From: Planktothrix sp. GU0601_MAG3
GTDB taxonomy: Bacteria; Cyanobacteriota; Cyanobacteriia; Cyanobacteriales; Microcoleaceae
Assembly: GCA_035193785.1 (NCBI GenBank)
Contig: CP136572.1
Coordinates: 3,988,578-4,052,577, forward strand
Length of the DNA stretch: 64,000 nt
Direction of reading: 5' to 3'
The notes beneath the pieces were generated by a model. That model had not been told where the DNA came from. It ran no database searches and saw only the letters and a list, made by a program, of their open reading frames with translations. Position 1 is the first letter of the stretch. Each line of letters opens with the position of its first letter. A program made the position numbers and the translations under genes. Below are positions 1 to 11,736 of the stretch, piece after piece.

Positions 1-1175
1 CGGAATCAAATTCTTTTTGTAAGACAAATTTACTGGTAAAAAAATCAAAGTTATTTAGTCCAATAAACTCAAACTGATCAAATTTATCTTTTGAGTTAAA
101 AATGTTGTGTAATTTTGCACTACCCGGCTTTCGTTCAATATATGACCAATATTCTAAGGGAACACCATTCATAATAAACTCATCATTGGTAGTCATAATC
201 AATTGAACTAATCCTGTTTGAGCTTTTTCAATCAAAATTTTAATCATAGAAGAAGACCTTTCATAATCTAAACCTTCTCCAATATCATCAATAACAATAC
301 AACTAGGTTTACTCAATAGTAAAGAGTAGTTAATTTGAATAAACAATGATAGAGAGCGAAACATTCCTTGTGACATTTCCGATTGTTTCTGTAACAGAGC
401 TTAAATCTTCTTCTTGAACATATAGAAATTGTGGCAGGTTATCTGGATTATCAAGTGAAGAAATATCGGGATTGATTAAAGATGGTACTTTTGTTCCCAT
501 ATCTGATAGATTATAACCAATTTTTTTCATGTCGCGGATAATTGCTTGTATAAAGTTATCACCAATCTCCTTTTTACCAAGCACAAATATACCCACAACA
601 TAATCAGAATCTTTGAAGTTAGTCTTGGTTTTTAGTAAGTCTATTGTTGGCGGAATACGAGCGATAACATTCTTACCGAGTTGGGAGCCAAACTCATAAA
701 ATCTTAGGGAATTAGACCATTGATATAAATTTTCTAAAAATGGATGTTGAATAGAGTCTCTACGCTTGACTGCGGCCAGTTCTGTTTGGGGAGTTTGAAA
801 CCGAATTTTTTGCTTAATTTCTTTAGCCCAAATACTACCTTCACCTGATTCATCTCGGCTCAATAATTCTTTGTCTCCTATCAATAATTTTTCTTGAATT
901 ACAAGACCTTTCTCTATTTTTAATCTGTATTCTGTTTTTTGTTCTGGCTTATCAGTATCAAAAAACAAATGCCATTCATCGCTTCTTGGCTGTGGATCAA
1001 GAGTCCCACTTTCTGATAATAATTCTGATAGAATATATATAGCTTTTACAATTTTTGACTTGCCACTAGCATTCTTACCTACAATCAAATTTGTTTGGCT
1101 TAATCGACATTCTTCTACTCGCCATTCACTATCTTTATCTCGATTATACAGATATTCAAAAATGTCTAGCTTCAT
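1..1175 (-). CDS. AAA/ABC-type ATPase (AAA_21-like), 3' end beyond window; one frameshift at 385
   Basis: Walker A GKNASGKS. Removing one base at GTTTC 385 gives EMSQGMFRSL (ABC signature-like), IVIDDIGEGLD (Walker B) and IMTTND, open to base 1. Confidence 0.8.
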
Positions 1176-1700
1176 AAATTTATTACCGTTTATCACCATA
1201 CTATAACAGAAGTTTATATTTTTTATTCCATTTCTTCTGTTGTAAACAGCTTTTTTTATTTTTGGGCTTGTGATTGCATAAACAATTAAGAAATATTAAA
1301 CTGTGTGAATTTTAGTAAATTTGGGGCAGCGATCGCAAAATTCATGCTAACTTAATAAATATAGGACACCACTCAACAAGACGCAAATGTTGATAACAAC
1401 CCCACCGGATTAAATGCTCGTGTCCGTTCCGCTTTAATCCCATTGCAACGCCGTCAGTGGCACTGTGAACTACCAAACAGTTGATATTGTAGAGGGTCAA
1501 GAACTCGCCTGGAGCTTCAAAACGATAAGGATTGGGTTGGCTTTGGGGTCAATATCAGAACAAAGGTCTGTATCGACTTTCCTAGTGCAATACTTCTGAT
1601 TGGAAAAGTTGCAATCCCTTGTCCACCTTAGTTTAGTGTTTTGCTTTTTTCGTTAACTTATCTGAAATTTGCTTGAGTCAACTTAGTTTGTTTTGTAACC

Positions 1701-1732
1701 TTAAGGTCTGGTCATCCTGTACCAGACCTTAA
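1701..1732. terminator. Perfect 12-bp hairpin, probable terminator
   Basis: TTAAGGTCTGGT-N8-ACCAGACCTTAA downstream of the minus-strand peptidase. Confidence 0.6.
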
Positions 1733-1768
1733 CCGTTTGAACTGGATTTTTTCGTTATAGTAGTCGCT

Positions 1769-1828
1769 AATTCATAATTCATAATTCATAATTCATAATT
1801 CGTAATTCGTAATTCGTAATTCGTAATT
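1769..1828. repeat. STRR heptamer array (TAATTCA/TAATTCG)
   Basis: About 8 tandem heptamers. Confidence 0.9.
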
Positions 1829-2511
1829 AAAATACAGGCCATCCTAAACGGGTGGGTTGCTGATAAATCCGTTTTAAAGTATTAATATCCCTAGCAGAAA
1901 TGGGCGGAGGTTCTCGAACTTGGGAAAAATACATGACGTCCGTGGGTTCAGGACTATGACCCCAAATTCCCAAAGCATGACCAAATTCATGCAGGACGGC
2001 GGCTTGAATATATTTTCCGGTTTGGGTGGGACTTAACCAAATCGTAAAGCGGTGGGATAAATAGGGAAACCCTTGGGGGGTATATTTAACCGAAACTTGA
2101 TAACGGGTTTCTGCGGAAACTAGCGCGTTGTTTCTGGGGGTCTAGGGGAGGATTTTTTCTGATAATTTCAATATCGGCATTTTCCGGTTCTTCAACAAGA
2201 TTTAAAGGCAAATAATTATCCCATTTAAAAATAGCAGATATAATACTTTCCTTCCAGTTTTGATCGGAAACGGGATTTTCAATATAAACTTTGATCGGAA
2301 AGTTTGAAAAAACTAAATGACCAAAATTAGGGGCTGCAATTTTATCAAAATAATCGCCTTGATTGTTGGGATCTTTCCAATGTTCTAAACGTTCTGGTAA
2401 AGGGTGAGGTTGAAATGGAATTTTATCATCGGTTGCAATAGTTGAGATTTGAATGATTAAAACTATAAAAAAGGTTGTTACAACCAGCCCTATTAAAGAA
2501 TGAATCCTCAT
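1827..2511 (-). CDS. Matrixin/M10-like Zn metallopeptidase; frameshift at 2116
   Basis: Hydrophobic N-terminus; corrected C-terminus contains HEFGHALGIWGHS and Met-turn DVMY. Confidence 0.85.
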
Positions 2512-2889
2512 TTTAATCAGTAATTGAGTTGTGCTGCTTATGTTACTGATGGTAAATTAGACATATTGCCGTTATATCAGATTATATGTCTAAGTTTGTG
2601 TAATCTTGTCTAATTTTTTACTTTCTGTTAAAAACCCCAACTGGGGATGAACAGTGCTAGAATGCGGGCAAGAACTGAGTTTAAAATTTTATGCCCGTCC
2701 ACAGTATCATATTTTACCAAAATTTAAAGCAAAAAAGTGTTATACAGATCCTTAGAATCGAGTCCCAATCAAGTTCCTAGATTCTTAGCCTCTCAACCCA
2801 CTTGTATTAATTGAATCCCAATTCACCATCTTCTTTTGTGCTAATCCCCACCCAATATAATTGGTAGTTATCCCAGGTTACTTCAAGGT

Positions 2890-4831
2890 ATGTCTCCATC
2901 TCCCAGTTTTAAGGAAAATCAACGATTAGAAGCACTTTATCATTACAACATCCTAGATACGGCTTCTGAAGCAGCATTTGACCGAATTACACTTTTAGCC
3001 TCTCGGTTGCTAGGAGTTCCGATTTCCTTGGTTAGTTTAGTTGATCAGGAGCGAATTTGGTTTAAATCTCGCCACGGACTTGATTGTCCTCAAGTTGATC
3101 GAGAAGGCAGCTTCTGCGGTTTTGCCATGTATAATCAGGATGTTTACTGCATCAATGACACCCTCATCGATCCCCAATGGTGTGCTCATCCCTTAGTCAC
3201 GGGAGAGTTTGGTCTACGGTTTTATGCGGCGGCTCCTTTGTGTACGTCCAATGGACAACGCTTAGGAACCCTTTGTGTGATGGATCATCACCCCCATGAA
3301 TTAAGTGAATTGGAAGTGCAAACCCTGCAATCTCTGGGGGAATTGGTGATAGAAACAGTTGGATTTGCGTCTGGCGTCCCAACGGTTACAGCAAACGGAA
3401 ATCGCCCTGATGCAAAGTGAAACCCGTTTTCGGGCGTTAGTGGAACAGGCGGCGGATGGATTTCTGTTGCATGATTTTGATGGTCGGATTTTGGATGTGA
3501 ATGAATTTGCTTGTCAAAGTTTGGGCTATACCAGAAAGGAACTTTTAAGTTTATCTATTCAACAGATAGAAGTTGATCCGTTTCCGCTAATATTTTTTCA
3601 AAGTTTAGTCCAGGGTCAACCTATCACACTACAAAGAATTTACCGTCGCCAAGATCAAACTACTTTTCCGGTGGAAGTGCGCCTGGGATTAATTCAAGTT
3701 GGGGAACAACAATTAATTCATACTTTAGCGCGGGATATTAGCGCTCGCTTGGAAATTGAACAACAACTCAAACAGCAAGCGGAACGAGAACGACTGAATA
3801 CCCAACTCACCCAACGCATACACGAATCCCTAGAATTAAGTCAAATTCTCAATACTACCGTTACGGAAGTTCGTCAGGCTCTACAGAATGAACGGGTGAT
3901 TATTTTTCGTTTTGATGGGGATAAAGAGGGAGAAGTCCTAACAGAATCCTGTGTTCAGGGGTGTTCCTCTCTGTTAGGTAATCGGTATCAAGATTGTTGC
4001 ATCAAGAGTCTGGAAAAGACCGATCAAGTTAAGTCCGTTGCTGATATTTGCACGGATAATTTAAGTCGTTGTCATCAAGAACTATTGATTGAACTTCAAA
4101 TTCGAGCTTATTTAGTCACTCCGATTTTGCATGGACAGAAAATGTGGGGGTTGCTAGTCGCTCATCAATGTTCTAGTCCCCGAAAATGGCAGGTTTGGGA
4201 ACAGGAATTATTGGTTTCTTTAGCTGCACAACTGGCGATCGCTATTCAACAATCAGAACTTTATCATCAGTTAGAAATTGTCAATCATGAATTAAAATAT
4301 TTGGCAAATTTTGATAGTTTAACCGGAATTGCTAACCGTCGTTATTTTGATGAATATTTACAAATGCAATGGTATCAATTATCTCAAGAACAAGCCCCTT
4401 TATCCGTGATTCTCTGCGATTTAGATTTCTTTAAACCCTATAACGATACCTATGGACATTTAGCCGGGGATCGGGCTTTGCGAGAGGTAGCCCAGGCTAT
4501 TTGTAAAGCTATGAGATATCCTACGGATCTCGTCGCCCGATATGGGGGAGAAGAATTCGCCATTGTTTTACCCAAAACCGGGGTAGCGGAAGCTATTTTA
4601 ATCGCCCAAAATATTCAAACCCAGATTGAAAAATTGCAGATTATTCACTCGGGTTCATCGGTGGGTTATTATATGACCTGTAGCTTAGGAATTGGCATGG
4701 TTATTCCCTCTAAAAAGATTAATTCTAAACAGTTGATCGAGATCGCGGATCAAGGACTCTATCAAGCTAAAGCTCAAGGACGCAATCAATATGTTGTGTC
4801 TTCATTATCCCATTCTATGTTGTTAAATTAG
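2890..4831 (+). CDS. GAF-PAS-GAF-GGDEF diguanylate cyclase; frameshift at 3352
   Basis: GAF (LRFYAAAPL..GTLCVMD), PAS, second GAF with DCC and CH, DSLTGIANRR, I-site RYPTD, GGEEF. Corrected junction reads LVIEQLDLRL. Confidence 0.9.
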
Positions 4832-4845
4832 GCTTGACCTTGTTT

Positions 4846-4990
4846 TTCCTATTCCCTATTCCCTATTCCCTATTCCCTATTCCCTATTACCTATTCCCTA
4901 TTCCCTATTACCTATTCCCTATTCCCTATTACCTATTACCTATTACCTATTACCTATTACCTATTACCTATTCCCTGTTCCCTGTTCCCT
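4846..4990. repeat. STRR heptamer array (TTCCCTA/TTACCTA/TTCCCTG)
   Basis: About 20 tandem heptamers between convergent genes. Confidence 0.9.
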
Positions 4991-5589
4991 TAGCATTGCT
5001 ATAGTTCATTAATATTTCTCCGGCTTCATCCAAATCTTTTCCAAAGGTTAAAAATCCATCTTTGTGTCCAGCCATCACTAATATTTTTTTCTGAATTAAA
5101 TTTTCTTGATCAAACAATCTAAACATTTCCTTTGCCATTTCTGGGGTTCCATATTGAACTTGTTTATGGGTAGTCGGAACTTGATATAATAGATTTTGCC
5201 AAAGTTGCGGGTGATGAACATGAATAATGGCATTAATCTGGGGTTGATAACTATAAATTGCAGCATGGGTTAGGGATTCAGAGGAGGCTTGAATCGGCCC
5301 GCAACAGGTGAGATGATTGTGTTCAATATCAAAATCCGTAACAACGGTATAATGTTCGGGTTTCTAATTCAGCTAAATGTCCGGTTTGACTCCCGGAAAT
5401 AATAAATTGTAAAGTATGAGGAATACGGATACTGATATTTCCAAATCCAATACCATTTTCATAAACTCCAATTAATCCTAATTTATGAATGCGATTCCGC
5501 CATTGGATTAAAGATTTGATCGATTCAAGGGCAACGGTTTCCCCCAAAACCCATTCACAGGAATATTTGACGACGCCTTCATCAATCAT
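4968..5589 (-). CDS. Class II aldolase/adducin family protein; frameshift at 5360
   Basis: GFGNISIR; corrected continuation ASSESLTHAAIY..IIHVH..YGTPEMA..MAGHKDG. Confidence 0.85.
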
Positions 5590-6100
5590 TGTCCACCTTT
5601 GAAACTGTAACTTGCCTGATTATTTTACGATAATTGTTACCAGGAGTCAGAATACACTCAGTGATTTTAAAGTAAATATACCAATAATATGTAATTATAT
5701 AACAAAATTTTCAACTAAAGTGGCTCTTCATCAAATCTTTACATAAATTCCCATAAAGTTTTACGGAAAAAAGTTAGCTAAAATGCCGGATTTCGTTGTA
5801 GAATCGTAGTATTCGTGACGGCTTTCCTCTACTTAATATAACTACCAAGTTGTGGCTGCCCTTAATCGATTAGCTACACTAATAGGTTGGTAAGAAATAG
5901 GGCTAAGTCTCTAAATCAAAGAAACAGGCAGCAAAGTGCAAGAAAATTTAAAAGCAACACAAGTTAACAACTCCATCGTTTCACCATCGGGTCGTAGCCG
6001 ATAGCGGAGTCGGGTATTGTGGTATGCTTTTAACTCAGCTATCAGCTATCGCCAAATTGAGCTAATCCAACTATTTTTTGAGACAGGACAAAAAACCCCT

Positions 6101-7298
6101 ATGGATGACGAAATTAATATCCTCAATGTGCGCATTCATAACATTACTATCATCGAGCTTCTGGAACGACTGGGTTTCCGAAGGTGGTACCGTAGTTACG
6201 CCCAATGTTGATCACTTGATGAAACTGCAAAAAGATCCGGAATTCTACGAGATCTATAAGGGCTCAACCTACCGGGTTTGTGATAGTAAAATCCTAATCT
6301 ATGCGTCTAAATTTTTGGGACAGCCCATCAAAGAAAAAATTTCAGGGTCGGATTTATTTCCGGCATTCTACGATTACTATAAAGACAATGAAGCAATGAC
6401 CATCTTTTTGATGGGAGCCGCCGAAGGAGTGGCGAAACGCGCTCAGGAAAAAATTAATGCCAAAGTTGGTAGAGACATGATTATCGAGTCCTATTCTCCT
6501 TCCTTTGGGTTTGAGAAAGATGAGGTAGAATGCCAACGGATTGTCACTCGCATTAATGAGTCTGGAGCTACCGTATTAGCCATTGGTGTCGGTGCCCCCA
6601 AACAAGAAAAATGGATTGCTAAGTACCGAAATCAACTCAAAAACGTCAAAGTTTTTCTGGCGATTGGTGCAACAATTGACTTTGAAGCCGGAGAGAAAAA
6701 ACGCTCTCCCCAGTGGATGAGTGATTGGGGAATCGAGTGGTTATACCGCCTGTTTTCAGAACCCAAACGGATGTGGAAGCGGTATCTGGTTGAGGATGTT
6801 CCTTTTTTCTGGTTACTGCTATTACAAAAGTTAAAACTTTATAACCCTCCGTTTTCCACCCGACAAGAATTTGTCAATTGGGAATCTCCCCGCCTAGGAC
6901 AATTGCTCAGTAAAGCAGGTTTATTATCTGCTCAACAAGTGGAGAAGGTATTAGAATTACAAAATAAACAACCGGAAAAACGCTTTGGTGCTTTTGTCGT
7001 AGAGTTAGGATGGCTGGAACAGGAAACCGTCGATTTTTTTGCCGACTTCCTACCCGAATTGGGACTTTCTAAACATCGACATCCTTTAGGTTACTATCTC
7101 TATAAAGCTAAATTGCTAGATGAAGCCCAAATAGACTCAATCCTAGAAGAACAAGGTCAATTGAAGTTGCGATTTGGAGAAGTTGCGGTGATGAAAGGTT
7201 GGGTAAAACAGCAAACCTTGGATACGGTTTTAGATTACTTAACTGAAGAATTAAATGATAGTTCCACCGAAGAATTAAATGATAGTTCTGTCGCCTAA
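6101..7298 (+). CDS. WecB/TagA/CpsF glycosyltransferase with C-terminal MshEN-like motifs; frameshift at 6174
   Basis: VVTPNVDH, ISGSDL, IGVGAPKQEKW, GATIDF, EWLYRL..EPKR; C-terminal RLGQLLSKAGLLSAQQVEKVLELQ. Confidence 0.9.
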
Positions 7299-7325
7299 AA
7301 ATCAAAGTTTTTATTTTTTCCTTTC

Positions 7326-7363
7326 GACTCGTCAAGATGATTTAATCTTCATCTCGGCGAGTC
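7326..7363. terminator. Hairpin after the glycosyltransferase
   Basis: GACTCGTCAAGATG...CATCTCGGCGAGTC imperfect stem. Confidence 0.45.
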
Positions 7364-7364
7364 A

Positions 7365-7428
7365 ATCACGGATTTAAGAGGATTTCACGGATTTCACGGA
7401 TTTTAATTTGTGTTAATCTGCGTAATCC
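7365..7428. repeat. Dispersed CACGGATTT element, partial copy
   Basis: ATCACGGATTTAAGAGGATTTCACGGATTTCACGGATTTTAATTTGTGTTAAT is the reverse complement of part of 47087-47165. Confidence 0.8.
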
Positions 7429-7433
7429 CCAAA

Positions 7434-7537
7434 ACCCATTACCCAAAACCCATTACCCATTACCCATTACCTATTACCCATTACCCATTACCCATTACCC
7501 ATTACCTATTACCCATTACCTATTCGTAATTCGTAAT
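7434..7537. repeat. STRR array (CCCATTA, TTCGTAA)
   Basis: Tandem heptamers overlapping the cofH stop codon. Confidence 0.9.
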
Positions 7538-8667
7538 TATAAAGTGTATCCCGTTGTCGATAGGGACGTCCCAGGGAAGCGATCACTTTTTTCAAAGTTT
7601 CGGGTTCCATGCAAGTGCCACCTTTAGCACCCGCCATGGTAGTAATGTGTTCCTCCATTAATGTACCACCGATATCATTACAACCCCATCGCAGTGCTTC
7701 CGTCGCCCCTTCTAACCCTAACTTCACCCAACTGGGTTGGTGATTAGAAATCCAGTTTCCCAGAAAAATTCGAGCCACCGCCGTTAATAACAAGGTATCG
7801 GCTAAAATAGGTTGATCCCGTCCCACCCGTCGCCGCAAAGCGGCTGGAGCCATTTCTCCCACAAACGGTAAAACAATAAATTCCGTAATTCTAGCGGGAT
7901 AATTCTGGGCCTTTTGTTGTAGCGATCGCAACTGATCTAAATGGTGCATTTGCTGTTGGGGTGTTTCAATATGACCCGACAACATCGTACTTGTGGTCGG
8001 AAACCCCCAAACGATGGGCTGTTTCGACAATTTCTAACCAAGTGGCGGTATTGATTTTTTCAGGACAAATAATATTGCGGACTGAATCTGCTAGAATTTC
8101 CGCAGCCGTTCCCGGCATCGAACCCACTCCCCCATCTTTTAAGGCCATAATCACATCCGCATAACTAAGATGATCTTCTCGGGCGATAAATTGGACTTCT
8201 TGGGGTGAAAATCCATGAAAATGCAGGTGAGGAAATTCAGTCTTAATGGCTTGGACTAAATTCAAATAATAGGGTAAGGATTTTCCTTGAATTTTTGCTT
8301 CTAAGTTTAACCCCCCCTGCATACAAATTTCCGTCGCCCCTCTGGAAACTGCATCGGCTGTTTTTTCCAAAATTTGCTCAATTTCTAACCAAAAAGCTCC
8401 CTCCTCCCCCGCATCTCGACGAAAGGCACAAAAGCTGCAATGCTGTTCACAAATATTTGTAAAATTGATATTGCGATTAATAATATAAGTCACCGTCTCC
8501 CCGGCTTGTTGCGATCGCAAACTATCACTCACCACCCGAATATTCTCCAGAATAGCTGGATCAGTTTGTTCGAGCAAAATCACCCCCTCCTCTGGGGATA
8601 AATCATTACCTGCTATAGCACGGTTAAGAATGGTATCAACAGTTAAATTTAGGAGCATTTTGATCAA
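7509..8667 (-). CDS. cofH: FO synthase subunit CofH (radical SAM); frameshift at 8000
   Basis: [48 protein letters not shown]. Confidence 0.9.
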
Positions 8668-8782
8668 TATTAAATAGAGGTGAACCTAATTATGGGTGGA
8701 ATAGGAGAAACCACCGAAGATCAATCCTTTGTATTTCCCCTGTTTTTCCTGTCATATCCAGTGTTTATTCTTAAATATTGCC

Positions 8783-10012
8783 ATGAACAATTCGTTATTT
8801 TTTCAAAACCGGTTATTTTTATTAAAACCCCTAGGTATTTTAACGGCTAGTGCTAGGGTATTGCCCGTTTCCCTCGGTTTAGTCATCAGTTGGTTTTTGC
8901 TCCATACACCCCCTTTAAATTTTATCGGGGAACAATCAACAATAATTCTAGCTCAAACTCCAGAAAAACCCGATCTTAATGCTTTATTTCAAAGCGGGGT
9001 TGAACAATTTCGCCAAGGATTATTTTCCGAAGCCTTAGCCACATTTCAAACGGTTTTGGAACAACAACAAAAACAAGGAAAACCGGAAGAAATAGCCGAA
9101 ACCCTGACTTATATTGGAGAAGTTTATAGCAATTTAGGCAACGATACAGAAGCCTTAAAAGTCCTAGAAAAAGCTCTCACGTCCTATCGACAATTAAATC
9201 AACAGGCGGAAAACAAAAATCCAGAGTATCAAATTGGAATCAGTCGGAGTTTAAATTTAATCGGATTTTCCTATCGCAATCAAAACAAAATCTCAGAAGC
9301 CTTGAAACTCCATCAGGAAGCTTTACAAATTGCTAAGTCTATTAATGATCGACCAAATATTGCCGAAGCCTTACATAATTTAGCCTCCGATTATACCAGT
9401 TTAAAACAATATGATCAAGCCTTAAAATTCTATCAAGAAGCTCGAAAAGTGCGGGAAGAAGTGGGGGACAAACGGGATCTGAGTCGCACTTTAAATAATT
9501 TAGGGGCGTTATATTTAGTTCAAGGAGATACCCAAAAAGCCTTAGAAATCTATCAACAAGCCCTAGCCCTGCGACGTCAAATTGGCGATCAAGCTGGAGT
9601 CGGACGACTATTAGGTAATATGGCGTTATTATATCGTCAATTGGGGGATGATACCCAGGCTTTAGTGTATTTAAAACAAGCGTCAGAATTTATGACTCGA
9701 ATTGCGGATCATGCTGGGGCGGCAAAAATTTATAATTTAATCGGAGAAATTCAGGAAAAATTAAAACAACCGGAGCAGGCTTTAAGCTCCTATCAAAAAG
9801 CGATTGAACTGGCAAAATTAGCCAATGATCAAACCAATTTAAGCAGCGCTTTGAATAATTTAGCAACGCTTTATTATGCTCAAGGGGAATATTCCCAAGC
9901 TCTCCAAACCTGGAAAGAAGCCTTAGCTATTCTGGAAAAAACCGGAAATCAAAAAGCAGCCCAGGAAACCCAACTCAGAATTGAGGAATTAGAGAAAAAA
10001 CAGGGGGGTTAG
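8783..10012 (+). CDS. Tetratricopeptide repeat protein (start uncertain)
   Basis: Repeated LNNLG..Y...G....AL..YQQAL motifs. Confidence 0.85.
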   Translation: MNNSLFFQNRLFLLKPLGILTASARVLPVSLGLVISWFLLHTPPLNFIGEQSTIILAQTPEKPDLNALFQSGVEQFRQGLFSEALATFQTVLEQQQKQGKPEEIAETLTYIGEVYSNLGNDTEALKVLEKALTSYRQLNQQAENKNPEYQIGISRSLNLIGFSYRNQNKISEALKLHQEALQIAKSINDRPNIAEALHNLASDYTSLKQYDQALKFYQEARKVREEVGDKRDLSRTLNNLGALYLVQGDTQKALEIYQQALALRRQIGDQAGVGRLLGNMALLYRQLGDDTQALVYLKQASEFMTRIADHAGAAKIYNLIGEIQEKLKQPEQALSSYQKAIELAKLANDQTNLSSALNNLATLYYAQGEYSQALQTWKEALAILEKTGNQKAAQETQLRIEELEKKQGG

Positions 10013-10069
10013 ATATAGAAAATCATCCCCTATCTTGTAGCTCATTGAAAATATCAAAAACCACTGAAG

Positions 10070-10095
10070 AAGCCCTGAAGGGCTTACTACGGGGG
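10070..10095. repeat. GTAG-type REP-like palindrome (GTAGT(G/A)AGCCCTTCAGGGCT family)
   Basis: Reverse-complement copy here; related copies at about 15711-15746 and 28110-28157. Confidence 0.7.
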
Positions 10096-11257
10096 TTAAT
10101 GATCGGAACGTTTGTCGATTTCATCGTCCTCTAGGGTTGCTGACGCATCCGTTGAGGTGAGCCAAAATTCAAACTCATCCGCAAACCGACCATTTAAAAT
10201 CGACTCTCGAATGCGTTGGGTAAACCGAATTAATTCGGTAACATTATGAATGGCAATTAAGGTATAACTCAAAACTTCCTTCGCCCGTACCAAATGACTC
10301 AGATAAGCTCGACTAAAATTTTGGCAGGTATAACAGGGACAAGTGGCATCTAAGGGTTGATAATCCTCCCGAAATTGAGCATTTTTTAAATTCCATCGTT
10401 CTCCTTGAACCAACGCCGCCCCGTGACGTCCTAAACGAGTGGGAATCACACAATCAAATAAATCCACCCCGGCGGCGATCGCTTGGGCCATTTCTCGATA
10501 GGTTCCGATGCCCATGAGATAACGGGGTTTATTAAACGGTAAAATTGGGGTGGTCACCTGAACAATCTTTTCAATTAAAGCCGAAGGTTTCCCCCACACT
10601 TACCCCACCAATAGCGTATCCGGGGAGATCAAATTCTACTAAATCTCGGGCCGCCTGCTGTCGTAAATCCGCATGAACGCCCCCCTGAACAATCCCAAAT
10701 AATGCTTGGTCAGGCCGTTTATGGGCTTTTATACAGCGTTCTAACCAGCGTTTTGTTCTTTCCGTCGCCTTAACGACCGCCTCCCGCGTCGCCGGATAGG
10801 GGGGACATTCATCAAAGGCCATAATCACATCCGCCCCTAATTCGTTTTGAATTTGGATTGAAAGTTCTGGGGTAAAGTGAATCAGTCGTCCATCATGGGG
10901 GGAACGAAAGGTAACACCTTCTTCGTTAATGGTGTTGATTTTACTTAAACTAAATACTTGAAAACCCCCGGAGTCCGTCAGCATTGGGCCATCCCAGCCC
11001 ATAAACCGATGGAGCCCCCCCGCCCCGGCCACAATCTTTTCCCCGGGTTGTAAATGCAGGTGATAGGTATTGGATAACACCATCTGGGCGCCCGCATCCT
11101 TGAGATGTGCTGGAGTCAGGGTTTTGACATTGGCGAGGGTTCCCACAGGCATAAATCGCGGGGTTTCTACCCAACCATGGGGAGTATGAAATAAGCCGAC
11201 ACGGGCTTTAGTTTGACTACAGCACGCCTGAACTTCAAAGGAAAAAGGATGTGACAT
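10096..11257 (-). CDS. tgt: tRNA-guanine transglycosylase; frameshift at 10587
   Basis: [49 protein letters not shown]. Confidence 0.95.
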
Positions 11258-11283
11258 AAAACAATAGAAAACTGCTTAATTAC

Positions 11284-11736
11284 TTAGAATGGGCAGTCTT
11301 CATCATCTAGGGGATTTTCCCAATTTGATGACAAAACTTGATCCATGACTGCATCAAGAGCCGCTGCATTAAAGTTACGATTAAATTGTTCTTGTAAGGG
11401 ATTTGTTAGGGGAATTAATCGTAATAATCTCCCGCCTTCTTGAACTAGATCAAAATAAGTTTCCTGCTCAGGAGATTGTTTGAGTTCTAAGTAATCGAAA
11501 CTATAAACATTCAAATATAATGAATGATTGGCAACTAGAGTCGCCTGTTGTGGATTAGCAAAAACTTCTAGGATGTATCCTTCTGCTTCGCTGCATACTT
11601 GTCCGTCTTGAATATTAAGATAACGAACACGACCCAAATCAACAAGCAGTTTTTGCATATCCCGCTTATTAACAATGATCCCCGTATCAATAATGCAAGG
11701 AGCAGACACCCTGTAGTCTAGTTGATCATAACTCAT
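11284..11736 (-). CDS. Hypothetical protein
   Basis: Intact 150-aa ORF with protein-like composition; function not recognised. Confidence 0.75.
   Translation of the reverse strand: MSYDQLDYRVSAPCIIDTGIIVNKRDMQKLLVDLGRVRYLNIQDGQVCSEAEGYILEVFANPQQATLVANHSLYLNVYSFDYLELKQSPEQETYFDLVQEGGRLLRLIPLTNPLQEQFNRNFNAAALDAVMDQVLSSNWENPLDDEDCPF

Noticed and set aside
5800..6100. c-di-GMP riboswitch in the glycosyltransferase leader
   Set aside because: A GCAAAG and some pairing are present, but I could not place the GEMM P1/P2 architecture; needs cmscan
10096..11257. tgt as a DNA-modifying dpdA
   Set aside because: Canonical bacterial tRNA TGT motifs and Zn site, with no dpd neighbours
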